Source of the DNA: Zygnema circumcarinatum SAG 698-1b
Taxonomy: Eukaryota > Plantae > Zygnematophyceae
Direction: 5' to 3'
Assembly (NCBI GenBank): GCA_037447605.1
Contig: CM074804.1
Span: 2,294,001 to 2,358,000 of the forward strand
DNA length: 64,000 bases
Shown: one piece after another, positions 31,045-42,749 of the stretch
Position numbering within the stretch: the stretch's first letter is position 1
Layout: every line of letters begins with the position of its first letter
Program-made: the position numbers and the translations under genes
Notes under the pieces: generated by a model
Told to the model about the DNA's origin: nothing
Databases searched by the model: none
Seen by the model: the letters and a program-made list of their open reading frames with translations, nothing else

Positions 31045-32561
31045 TCAACGGATCACTTTCCCATCCTCAGCCGCCGCCAAATCAACAGCCTTCAAATTTG
31101 GACTTTCCTTTGTTGAATTCGAAGATGGACCTCCAGTCCCGTTGAGGGAGGTCCCATTGGCGGCCAAGTCCTTCACCATATGACCCGCGCTGCTCGAATT
31201 AGGGCCGCCTTTAGCCTCTCCGCCTGCATGCCGTTCTTTAGAAGCAGGTCCCATTTTGCGCCCCCCGGTTCGCTGCTTGTGTTTGGCAACAAGGCCCACA
31301 TTAAAGTGCGATGATGCTGCCACGTTGTCAATAAAGTGTTCAAAAGCGAGAGAATCACTGAAGGTCTGAGGCGTTCGGCCGCGAGCTGAAGTCTTCAAGC
31401 TACCAAATACGTTTGCATGGAAACCTGCAATACAATTCATGACAAGCGTAGGACCAGTTACGGTTTAGGTAAGACAGGTTGCAAGTGTCACCAGGAGAAA
31501 CCAAGAACGTCACACAGTTGCTGACACAACGGAGCAGCACAAGCCGAAATTACGCTTGAAAAAGTACATTACTTAGCAAAGGCTTTCTCAAGCCATGCAA
31601 GCGACGAAAACTAGAGCAAGTCAATTTTTCAGTGGAACAAACAGAAAATTCTTCCGTAGCAAAAGAGGTGCTGAGTCCAATGATAATGCAACGTCTCACC
31701 TTGAAAAACCACCAAGACTCCAAACAAGACGGTGAGCATAAGCGCCAAAAGCGTCGTAAAGTCTCGAGATAGAGATGAAGCTTTCTTCTTGCTCCTTCCA
31801 CCTCCTGACTTGGACCCTGCAGCAGATGAAGCCCCCGCACCTGCACCCTTCTTCTTCGGCGCTTTGGGACCAGGCAGTCCTCCTCCTTGAAAGGGTTTCC
31901 GCGGAGGCCTTGGAGGCCTTGGAGACCTGTGCAGAGTCGCTCGAGCCGGGACAGGTGGCGCCTGATTGGTTGGAGCGCTTCTAGGAGAGGGAGGGAGGCA
32001 TGGAGCTCTTGAAGGATGGAGTGGACGCCATGGATCTCGAGAGAGTCCACGGTTGCCAGCTGCCTCTACTCTTCCTATACCTCCTGTCGATGTTCGAACG
32101 TGCGCTACTTTCTCGCATATCTGCGAGGACGAGGAGCTTCCCGAAGGAGGAGCGACGTTTTCAGAATGTACAATTTCACAGTGACTTTGACTCGGTCGGC
32201 GCGCCGGCTCGTTACAAGTACTGGAAATATTGCTCGAACAGTATCGAGCTTCGATTAGACCATCGGACCAGCCATGGCTTCCTGGAGAGTGAAGTTGGAG
32301 GTCTTTAAAGGGCCTGCATTCTGCGGCTGCAGATTTTTCAACAGAAGCTGCAAGGTCAGCAATCTTCTTGGGAGAAGCCGATTTTTTTGGAGGTTTCCCT
32401 GACCCGGGAAGGAATGCAGGACGTAGAGAAGTTTGACTTTTGCCGAGCGGACTTAGAGGACGCCTTAGCCTATGTACACGTGGCGACCTGGGAATGCATT
32501 CGGCAGCCATGGCCGCGACCTCAGCAAGAATGTCCGCATCTTCAGTTCTGTGAGACTCCAT
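31045..32561 (-). CDS. Two-exon protein of unknown function with a single predicted TM helix
   Basis: A 310-aa ORF ends in KKK..SLSRDFTTLLALMLTVLFGVLVVFQ|gtgaga and splices in phase to cag|GTTTCCAT (GFHANVFG...KVIR*). Confidence 0.6.
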
Positions 32562-35048
32562 AGCTCAAATTTGATCCAAGTTTCAATCGAAAGTCTGCAA
32601 TGACAATAATAAATCATACATTTCTAAAACAGAATATTTCCTGAACTAATTCCTGGGCTGATTGACAATCGGTCAGCCCTTCTGTTCCCAACCTGCAGAC
32701 GTAGAAATCCTCAAAACCTAAAAGCGTGAAAACCTAAAAAAAATAAAGAAGCACGATCGAAAAGACCCTCAAGAAAGCGTTAACAGCGCTGAAGTTCCGG
32801 CACTTTTGCCTGCAACGACGCGTCCTGCGAACGCAGGAGAGAGAGAGAGAGAGAGAGAGGGAGCACACATGAGCTCGAAACAACCCCAAAAACGGAGCAC
32901 TTCACAGGGAGCCAACGGTCTAAGGGTCACCATCAAAACTTTTATCTGCCCGCTGAGCCTCCACGCGTGTGAATGTTCGCGTGGCAAGATCCCGCTGGCA
33001 ACGGTCAGAAAAAGTGAATCCCTCATCCATTCACAGTCTGCCACGTGGATACAAATCTGTAAAGCGCCAATGGCTGCCCCCTCCACGTCAGCCAGTCAGA
33101 GAGTGCCAGCTGGCATCCCTTCGAGCGCGGTCTCGGAAAAACGGCCGTTAGCCGTCCGTCCGTACGGTCCAGCTCCGCCGGGGCCGCCAGCTCAGCTCAA
33201 TCTGGAGGGAAATTTAATCCTGAAAAGGGACCAACATTGCAAATAAGATTCTGGTGTTATACTATATTCTCGATATTGTATGTATCAGGGAGGTATATCG
33301 AGATCTAGCGAAAGGCAACGGTGGAAAAGGGAGGGCTTGGCATGAATTTGTGGTCAACTTGAAAGAGTGAACATTTCTATGTTGGAATCGTTCAGTTCCG
33401 GTTAATTGCACGAGCTGGGGGAGAGTTGGGCTTGGACCATTGTTTGTTTGTATGAACTCAGTCATGGCAAGATAGTGTCATTGTACGTCTTCCAGTACCT
33501 AAACAAGAATCAGTACTCATGTACCGTTTCCCCTGGTGCAGCACTGAGCCAGTAGCATTCGACCAGTGTCGAATGCTCCCCCTGTTGAAAGAGTCTGAAG
33601 ACACGTTTTGAGCAAAACAGCAGACTGTAAATGAGGCCCCTCCGTGAGAGGAAGTCTGACAACATCGTTGCACAATGGATAATAATACCACAGCACGGGG
33701 GGGTGATCTCCATGTGAACAAGTCATGGAGGGGCATGCATACATATTTACAGCATTGATGTACACCATTGAGTCGTGCGGTATATGCAAAGATGGGAGGG
33801 TAACCAATGCAGGACCCCCAGGACCTCCCACACCCAAGACCCAGAAATGACAAGGATCGTACTTATACTGAAACACTAACAACCTCCCAGGCAATACAAG
33901 CATTCCATATACAGAGGGGCGATGGGGAGAAGGACGTCAGACCTGTACACGGACACCTTCCACCATTTGATGCTTTTTCCACGCTGCCGTCGCAAACTCA
34001 ATGTTGTTCTCAGCTTGTGTTAGCCCCTACCGTATTGGGGATTTAGTCGATACATATCGAAATTTCGTTCGTATTGGACCATTCGGACGGATACCGCAAT
34101 ACGGTTCGATATATTCTTTGTATATCGATTTGACCTGAATTGAGCTGAACTGGACTGAACTGCATAGAAGCGCAGGGGACGGCGGCAGCAGGTTGCTCGC
34201 GCATGCGTAGTTGTGGGCGAGGGAGCGACGGCATCTGCAGGCACATCAACAATTACATGGTGTTGGTGAGGCGTTGCTTTGTCCGCTTCAAGAACATTCA
34301 TGGCTTCCTTTGCCCTCGCGAGGCCAATGCCGAATCCCTCCTCGTTGGAAAGCGTAGGGGCAGAATAGAAAATACTATGACTCTTTCAATGTGCGTGCGT
34401 GCCATGGTGCGGAGTGCGGAGCTTGTCGCGGCAATGGCGAGTCACCATCCCCGTGACATACACATGGCTGGTTCGAATAACAAGATTCATGGAGGACCAT
34501 TTCTAGAATATAGTTACAACTTGAGCTCCTTCGAATTCTCTACACTGCTCGTATAAGGGACACAAATGCAGATGGCAATTGAAATAATCAAGAACGATGC
34601 AACACCTTCCCTTGCGATGTGCACAAAGAAATAGACAGGCGCAATGCTTGCTTGGAAACTTTATTGGCTGAATATATTACATAGGGCCAGGGAAAAATGA
34701 AAAGAACTTTGTCCTGCAACTTTCCCTACCGTGACATGTGCAACATCGCTGGGCAGAAGCTTTGGCCTGACATCAGCAATACGGTCCGTTAACTCAGTCG
34801 TTGTCAGCAACAATGGTGTTGCTGGCAACTGCACACCGCTACGAAGGACGAACCACGTCTCCTAGCAGCCCACTCTAAATCAGCTAACGAAATGGTGAAA
34901 ATTTTCACTCAAGAATCTCAATCAACGGAATGGATGCTGAGCCACTGAGCAAACAATGGTACACTATAAGAATAAGCAAGCCTTTGAGGCGGAAAATAAA
35001 TCGCTTCCCGCTCTCGGGAATGACTTCACTAAAAGCGCTTTCTGATAT

Positions 35049-37040
35049 CATAAACCCCTTTACCCTCCCAACCCTCACTGCACGGTGAGGGCGGGCTCGG
35101 TGAGGGTCTGGGTCTGGGCGAAGCCCTGGAAGGCGGAGAAGCGGCAGTCGGCGTCCAGGACGCCCGAGCTCTCGTAGTCCGCCGGCGCGCCGTCCAGGAA
35201 GCCCTTCCCGCTCTCGCCGTCGGCGGCGATGTTGTGATGCAGCGCGGCGGCGACCTGCGAGAACTCCACCGCGCGCTGCTCGCGGCCCTCGCGGTACGTC
35301 TGCCCGAGCACGCCGTGGACGGAGGGGGTCGTCTGCGAGAGGGGCGGGGCGGGGCGGGGCGGGGCGGGGCAAGAGTCAGCGGCAGAGGCAACGCGCAGAC
35401 CCGCCAGGCAGGCACCAAGAGTGGAAAAAGTTGCGCAGACAGGCAAAGCGGTTGGGGGGATGGAATGGACTCGGCAGGCAGGGAGGAATGCGCTGCTTGG
35501 GTTGGTTGGGACTCACATTGATCCAGTTGAAGCCCAGGCTGATGTGCGTCTGCACGTCCTCGGGCGTCTGCAGCAGCGGGTTGGCCACGCGCAGGCGCAC
35601 GTCCATGTCCAGGAGGTCGTCGATCTTGACCGAGTAGAAGTCCACGTCGTACGGCCCCTTCTTCTCCACCGCCTCCATCTTGATGGTGAGGCCGCCCTCG
35701 CGCCTGAGCTCGTCCCCGACCTGCATGCGCGGGAGGGTCTCCCCGTCCGCGACCGCCTTGGCGAGGAAGCCCAAGTCTCCGCGCGCGGTGGCGTTGCCGG
35801 CGCGCGCCGCGAGGCGCAGGTCGTGGCCCTCTCCGCCCGCGTGCCACATGAGGCCGAGCTCGCGGATCCAAGTTCGAACCGCCTTCCCGTCCTTGAGCAG
35901 AGTGGCGCTCTCCGTGCGGGTGTCCAGGTACCCCGTCATCTTCATGTTGATGTGCAGCGCGCGGTCGGAGATGAGGCAGAAGCTCTTCCCCGGCTCGCCG
36001 CTGAAGTCGTAGTGCGTGCCGTGCGCGCCCACCAGGTGCGGGTCGTCCACGATCTGCGTCTGGCACTTGGCGCCCACGCGCGTGCTCACCAGCGTGTCGC
36101 TCGAGCACGCCGGCCCGTTCCCGCCGCGGTAGATGAAGCACAGCCCGCCGTACGACCCCCTGCCACGTCCCACGTGCCACGTGCCGCCCTGCCGTCAGCC
36201 ACAGGAAGGAAGGCCCCCCCGGAGCCAAAGGGCGCAAGGAGGAACAGAAGGAGGAGGCTTGGGGGCAATCCCTCCCGCAGACTTTACAGCCTAGTTAATG
36301 ATTTCACAGCCTATGGACCCCAATGTCAATGGAGAAGGCAAGGATTGAAGGGAGGAGGAAGGGCGGGCGGGCGGGCGGGCGGGGCCTCACAGGTTGAGCC
36401 ACTGCCAGTAGCGGCACTTGGTGGACGCCTTGCACTTGAAGCAGCAGTTCTTGGCCTTCACCTTCTTGGTCACGCGGATGGTCGCGTCCACGCGCGTGTC
36501 GTCGGGCAGCTCGCCCACGAGGTAGAACGCGGCCGTGCCGTACCCCACCAGCAGCGGGCAATCCGACGGGATCTGCGCACGTGCCGCCACGTCAGAACAT
36601 GCCAGCGCGTCTGCCAGTCTGAGCGAGCCACGTGGCGGGCGAGTCGCCTGCTCACCTCGTACATGCCGCGCAGGCCGCGGCCCTCGCACGGCCCTGTGCT
36701 GCAGCCGTCGTCCTGCCGGAAGTCGGGACACCCCACGTTCTTCTTCGCGCTCGCCCCCGCCGCGGAGACTGCCGCTACTGCCAAGGCGAGCACGGCCCTG
36801 CGGAAGTCCATGGCCCCCCCTGCTGCTGCTGCTGCTTCTGCTTCTGCCGAGGCTGTGAAGGGTGCGAGAACAAGAGTGGCGTAGAGTCGGAGGGCGGACG
36901 AGTTTAAGATTGAAGGGAGGGACGTGAGAGAGAGGCTGAGAGCGGAGGAGAGCGAAGGGGAGAGCGAGGGAGACAGCGGCGGTGAGCGGAGGAGGCGCGG
37001 CGGCGGGCGATATGCCCAGCGGCAGGTGCCGCCACCACTG
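35049..37040. repeat. Left arm of a long inverted repeat (partner ~42750-44777)
   Basis: The reverse complement matches 44777 back to ~43013 almost exactly (paired positions sum to 79826). Similarity then decays through the 5' UTR and promoter. Confidence 0.92.
35075..36811 (-). CDS. Root_cap (VWD-like) domain secreted protein with a Cys-rich PAN/Apple-like N-terminal module, copy A (4 exons)
   Basis: Signal peptide MDFRRAVLALAVAAVSAAGASA, then CCFKCKASTKCRYWQWLNL|GSYGGLC, DPHLVGAHGTHYDFSGEPGKSFCLISDRALHINMKM, TWIRELG, and C-terminal VHGVLGQTY...SGVLDADCRFSAF. These are typical plant Root_cap family motifs. Confidence 0.88.
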
Positions 37041-39474
37041 CCCGCCCGGGTGCCTTTCGTACGAACGCTCGCCAGGAGTTCGCCCAAAAGCCGTGCGCTG
37101 ATTGGGTAACACGGCCGATAGCGACAAATGCCTGTACGACTGTACGGCATGAATGGGTTTTGTCCACGCTCTGTGCGGTGATTGGCTGCTGGAAATGTTG
37201 ACTTCCGTCGACGAGTCGCTACCCGACAAATTATTTTTCAATGTAAGTTCACGATTCGTGTCGGTGGACCGCTGCCGTGCCAGGTGGCACCATACTGAAT
37301 CTGGCGTCAACTGCTGGCCAGCTGGGCAGGTCGGGGGGCCAGATGGCGCGCCAGGATTTGTTGGCGGCCGCATGCGGAAACATTTGGGAATAGGCCTGCC
37401 GCTGCGCCAGGTCGGGGAGGTGATACTACAAAAAACGTTGACTCGCGCATTACCAATGCTTGCCACGTGTGCATAATATTCTTTTTGTGGCGTGTTCACA
37501 TTTTGGCGGGCCCGAGTGCAGTTCGGCGACGGGCGGCGATAGGCGCCTCCCGCGTACGGACGGATATTGGAGCGCGCCGTCGGGGACTAGAATTCCAATA
37601 AAAAATTCTAAACTCAGGCCGTTTTATAAAACACTTTTAAAACGCCTACGGCTGTACGGTCGTACTGTAGGCTAATACAACGGGCCAGCGCCAATTGCCG
37701 AGCGTTCGACCGTATATTTGGTTCAATTTCGATGGTCGTATGAACGTGCTAATATTGCTTTTACATTCTGAAAATTTTAGATATTAGGTACCACTTCAGA
37801 AATTGAAACACACTACGCGGTAAAAAGATATGATTTCGATGAGTCATGGTCGTTCTAATTCTGAAATCGAAACCCCTAAAACGACCCTTTTACGGACTTT
37901 TTGCCATTCCTACTGCGTCATCGCTCGGATTCTGTAGGCAAGATTGCTGTAAGGAATACGGCGAACGGGGTGCTCTATCCGCGCCAACTTCATGTTGCGA
38001 CAGTTGCAGTTGATGCGCACACGGACACAGTCCCGAGTTCCATGCCAAGCGAAGATGGCCATCCATCCATCCATCCATGCATCCATCTGTAGTCGTGTAC
38101 AACGGGACGCGTTCTATTTAGTGTTTGCCAACATGCGTTCCCTTCTATATTCCGAAAGGCCCTCGGCTTCACAGGGGCCTCAGTCGTCTGTCGACGTATG
38201 CGCTGAAAAATGAAGAGTAATGCAGACACGGATCAGTTCAGAGGGTGGTGACGTGATTCACGAAGTGAATTCTACTCGCCCAAAATGTTCATATACTAGC
38301 CGGCAGCCATAGTCCTCATCCATAGGACAATAAGTCAAGGTTTGCACTCCCTCTATCTCCTCCAGCTCTCCCGTTTCCAACCGCCTGTACCAGCTACAGG
38401 GGCTCCTCCCTTCCCTCCCTCCCTTCTACTGCGCAGTACCCTCAAATAGAGTACTGGAGATAGAATTTACTGTGACATTCTTGGCAACAGGCCGATAAGC
38501 AATTTGACATGTCAACTTGCCTTCATCAAAAAACCTCCAAGCTATGATTTTATGAATCTATATATCACGTGTGCGTCTGCTGTTCTGATTCAGAACACCT
38601 TGAACCTCCCATAAATGCATGGCGATTCATTTCCATAAGGAAATTTCCTTGAGTGGAACTAAGGAACAACAAGCTTGATAAAATTCGCATACAATCAAGG
38701 TAAAGCCAACTTTATTACGATTCCTCCTTGACCAAGGATAAAGAATGAGCATGCAGCCAGATGCACATAACTTCGTGCTCACTGTCTTTGGGCTGAAAAA
38801 CGTATGTAAGAGAAGTGAGCGTAGGATAGATAGCAGGGGAAGTCCCGGCACTCATTCATCATGCATCCTACATTCGTTTTCTTGCATGCAACGCATCACC
38901 AATGTATCGTAACACTTCAGGAACACCAGAGTGCGCAAAAAAAATTGGCAAATCACCAATTTGATGTCTGAAAAATACACCACGATTTACATCTTTGAGC
39001 TCATGTAGGCCGGCCCGCCCCATGGATAGAAAATGACATTCACTGCTTACCAGCGCCTGTCTGTCGTCTACAGCGTCTATTCCTCTATACAGCGACCCTT
39101 ACTAGCTTGAACTTTCTGGGCATCAAGCTCAAATTCTTCTTCTTCTCCACGCTTTTCCACAAAAGGGTCCACTTCAACCATCTAAGAACTTGCCCCAAGT
39201 GCCAACGTACGTGCCCGGCCGGCATGATCAGACGAAGGGAGATTATTGTTGATGAGACCTTCCACGTTTCTGCGCAACATTTTAATTGCAAACGAGGAGA
39301 CAATCCCTACCGTGGTAAGCATAACATTTCTTCCCATACTTTGCGACCTATGTAGATTACACTAAGACGAGTTGTGCCGCGTGGTTTTCATAATGTTCTA
39401 ATTGCTTCAACCTCCACATGGATGACTATCCTTAGACGTGTTAGTGTCACGAACTCGTTTCGAAGTATTTCTAT

Positions 39475-41367
39475 TTAGTCGGAAGCAATAGCCTCGAGCT
39501 CATGGCCTGCAAAGGCGGAGAAGTGGCAGTCAGGATTCATGACGCCAGAACTTCGGTAATCCGCCGGAGTGCCGTCCAAGAAGCCCCTCCCGTTCTCCCC
39601 ATCCGCCGCAATGTTGTGATGCAGAGCGGCGGCAATTTTGGCGAAGTCGAGAGCGCGCTGCTCTCGGCCCTCTCGGTAGGTCTGCCCCAATACTCCATGA
39701 ATGGCCGGAGTGCTCTGCAGCAAGCCAACGGGTCAAATTTCTGTTAGTGGTTGGGAGAGTTTGGGATAGACACCGGAAGCGAAAGGAGCAGATGTCAAGA
39801 CGAGGAGATAATGCTTTTCATAAACATAAAGATGAGCGCAAGAGAAATGGCTAATCACTCACCTGCATCCAATTGATTCCCAGGCCGATATGGGTCTCAG
39901 CATCTTCGGGCGTCTGCAGCAGCGGGTTGGCCACGCGCAGGCGCACGTCCATGTCCAGGAGGTCGTCGATCTTGACCGAGTAGAAGTCCACGTCGTACGG
40001 CCCCTTCTTCTCCACCGCCTCCATCTTGATGGTAAGGCCGCCATCAAACAACATCTTATCACCAACCTGCATCCGGAGAGCCCTTTTCTCAGATACATGC
40101 GCAAGTGAATTATAAGACAAACTGCATTGCAAGAAAAAGGATGCCAAGAAGGAAGGTGGGCAAATCTCTGACCTTCATGCGTGGGAGAATCTCGCCATCC
40201 ACAACAGCCATGTCCAAGAACCCTTCCCCTCGTACTGTGCTGTTTCCGGAACGTGCCACGAGGCGCAAATTGTGTAGTCCTCCCCCTGACTGCCACATAA
40301 CGCCGAGCTCGCGGATCCAAGTTCGAACCGCCTTCCCGTCCTTGAGCAGAGTGGCGCTCTCCGTGCGGGTGTCCAGGTACCCCGTCATCTTCATGTTGAT
40401 GTGCAGCGCGCGGTCGGAGATGAGGCAGAAGCTCTTCCCCGGCTCGCCGCTGAAGTCGTAATGTGTGCCCTGCGCGCCCACCAGGTGCGGGTCGGCCACT
40501 ATTTCCGTCTGGCACTTGGCACCCACGCGCGTTTTAACCAAAACATCTTCGGAGCATTTGGGTCCCTTCCCTCCCTTGTAGATGAAGCAGAGCCCGCCGT
40601 ACGATCCCCTGCGAAATTCACAGTCAAAATCATAAGTAAAGAGCTTCCCTCTGTTTCCTGTAGAACTGTAGGCTTTGATTCAGTTAATGCAGCTTGTTAG
40701 CAGAATTTCCAGACTTTCCAGAAGCTGACAGTTTTGAGCTGCAAAATGGACACACAGGCTCGAAGAGTCGCTCACAGGTCCAGGAACTGCCAGGCGGTGC
40801 ATTCGGACTTCTTTTTGCAGCGTGAGCAGCAGGTGGTCGCGTTCTTCCTTTTGATCACATCGATCTTATGGCTCACGGCGATGTCAGTGTTGTCGGGAAT
40901 CTCGCCAACTAGATGGAATTCCGCCGTACCATAGCCAACGAGCAGTGGGCAGTCCGAGGGGATCTGCACACAGAGCAGAGTTTCATTCCTTTAGAGAAGG
41001 AGTAGAGAGGAAGAGGGAAAGTCGAGGAAGGGGAGAGGATGAGGAGAGAGGGAGGAGTCAAGAGGAAAGAAAAGGGATAGCGGTGGAATGAGGGATACGC
41101 GTGCGGAAAGGAGGGAGAACGCCAGGAGAGAGTGGTTAAATGGTGCGAATCAACATGTCGAGACCAAAACGATCACTTCAAGCCGCCCTCCATACTAAAA
41201 ATTACCTCAAATCTTCCCTTGAGTCCGGGCTTGTTCATTTTGCAGCCACCCGTGTTGCATCCATTGTTCTCCAAGTAATTAGGACACGTCAGGTTTGCCC
41301 CTTCGACTGCCAGGGACCCAAGCAGCACCACGAGGACGACAGCCAGAGTGAGCCGGACCGAAGCCAT
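39475..41367 (-). CDS. Root_cap domain secreted protein, diverged paralog B (5 exons)
   Basis: MASVRLTLAVVLVVLLGSLAVEG...CPNYLENNGC / IPSDCPLLVGYG...CCSRCKKKSEC / GSYGGLC...DPHLVGAQGTHYDFSG / VGDKMLF... / STPAIHGVLGQTY...DCHFSAF. It shares three intron positions with A/C and has one extra intron at 40067-40172. Confidence 0.88.
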
Positions 41368-42749
41368 GGCGACTGACTGAGGCAGCTCTGTCTCCAGCGA
41401 GCGGGTATGGCCCTTCCTTCCTTCCGTCCGTCGGTGCGTGCTGCGGAGCGGAGCGGAGGCAGAAGCGGATGGTGCCGAGACGGTGGCCGCTCGCGCCTTT
41501 GAACCACCGCCCGTCCGCCGCGCGGCCGCGGGCTCCTGCGCGCGCCCCTGCGCCTCGGGCCCTCGCCGGGCGGCGGTAGCGCCACGTGGCGGGGCGCCAC
41601 TGGCTCTGCGGAAGAAAGCCTGCGACTGCACTAGTGGCGGCGCCGGGCGGCGGTACGGCGACGCGTGTCCATGAGGACAAAGAGACAGCTGGCGCGCGCC
41701 TGAGAGGGCGCCTGGCCGGGGAGCTGACCGGCGACTTTCTGACATGGATGACGTCATTATGGTAACGGGTGGCGTCCAACTTTTTGAGAATGGGGAAAAC
41801 GACGAGATTTCATTGTCGTTTTGTGTCGGTGCGTGCGGTTTGACCTTCTGTTGGATTCTGTCCGGCAGTTTGAACAGGCTCTATGTTGCCTACGCGCGCG
41901 TCTATTTGGGATATCGGCGCAACTGCTCGCATGGAACCAGGGACTTGACAGGCGGGATTGTTTGGAAAGCGCGGGCATCCACGCCGAAAACGACAGAGCG
42001 CGTTCCGTACAGTTGAACTTTGGCACCACTCGCACGGGGCCCACCGCGGCGTGGTTCCACGAGGGCGCGCTCTGCCAGCGTGGCGATGACGTGGCCACCA
42101 CGACGGGTCCACCGAGGATCCACCATCCATACCGCGCGGGCTCGCGGTCGCGACCATCGACCGCGGTCACCGCGGTCACCGCGGTATCTCTCAGCCAATA
42201 GCCGGCGATCACGTGGCTCACGCTCGCTCGCTCGCTCGCGAGACGCGACCCTTGACAACGGGGTTTGGGTTCCAAACCGGGTCATCTGACGTGGCAAGAT
42301 CTTGCCCGTTCGATGGAGCCCGGAGCGCACTTCGTGGATCCCTTCCGTACGATGTCCTCGCGACCACGTCAATATCAGAAGCAGCCAAAATCCATGACTC
42401 TTCTCGAGCCAACCAGAGGCCGCCAACTAACGCCGTCAGCGAAATTTTGTCGGTGTCACTTCCAACGGCTGCCGACCACAAAACGGCAGAATCCACGATT
42501 CGCCTCCTTAACTCTTAGTGTTCCACGCGGCACTTCACCATTGGCTTCCGCCTCTCGCTGGCGACCCGCCTGGCGAAGCCCCCGAGGGTGCCGAGCCGAA
42601 TTTCGCGCAGGCAGCGCCGGTACAAATTCGTACGGCTTGTACACAGCCGTACGTGCAGCCGTACGCATTCGCCGAGTTTCTGCCCGTCTCGTCTGCGAGG
42701 CGCTGGCCGCCAAAAGCAGTACGGATGTCTGCTCTGTCCGTACGGCAGG

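Noticed and set aside
33400-34600. Several short ORFs on both strands
   Set aside because: No coherent exon chain or motif; left unannotated.
38870-39360. Possible decayed coding or transposon fragment between Root_cap A and B
   Set aside because: Frames are interrupted by stops and show no transposase, RT or other recognisable motif.
42168-42240. (ACCGCGGTC)x3 and (GCTC)n microrepeats in the B/C promoter
   Set aside because: Short simple repeats that are common in this GC-rich intergenic DNA, with no independent support for function.
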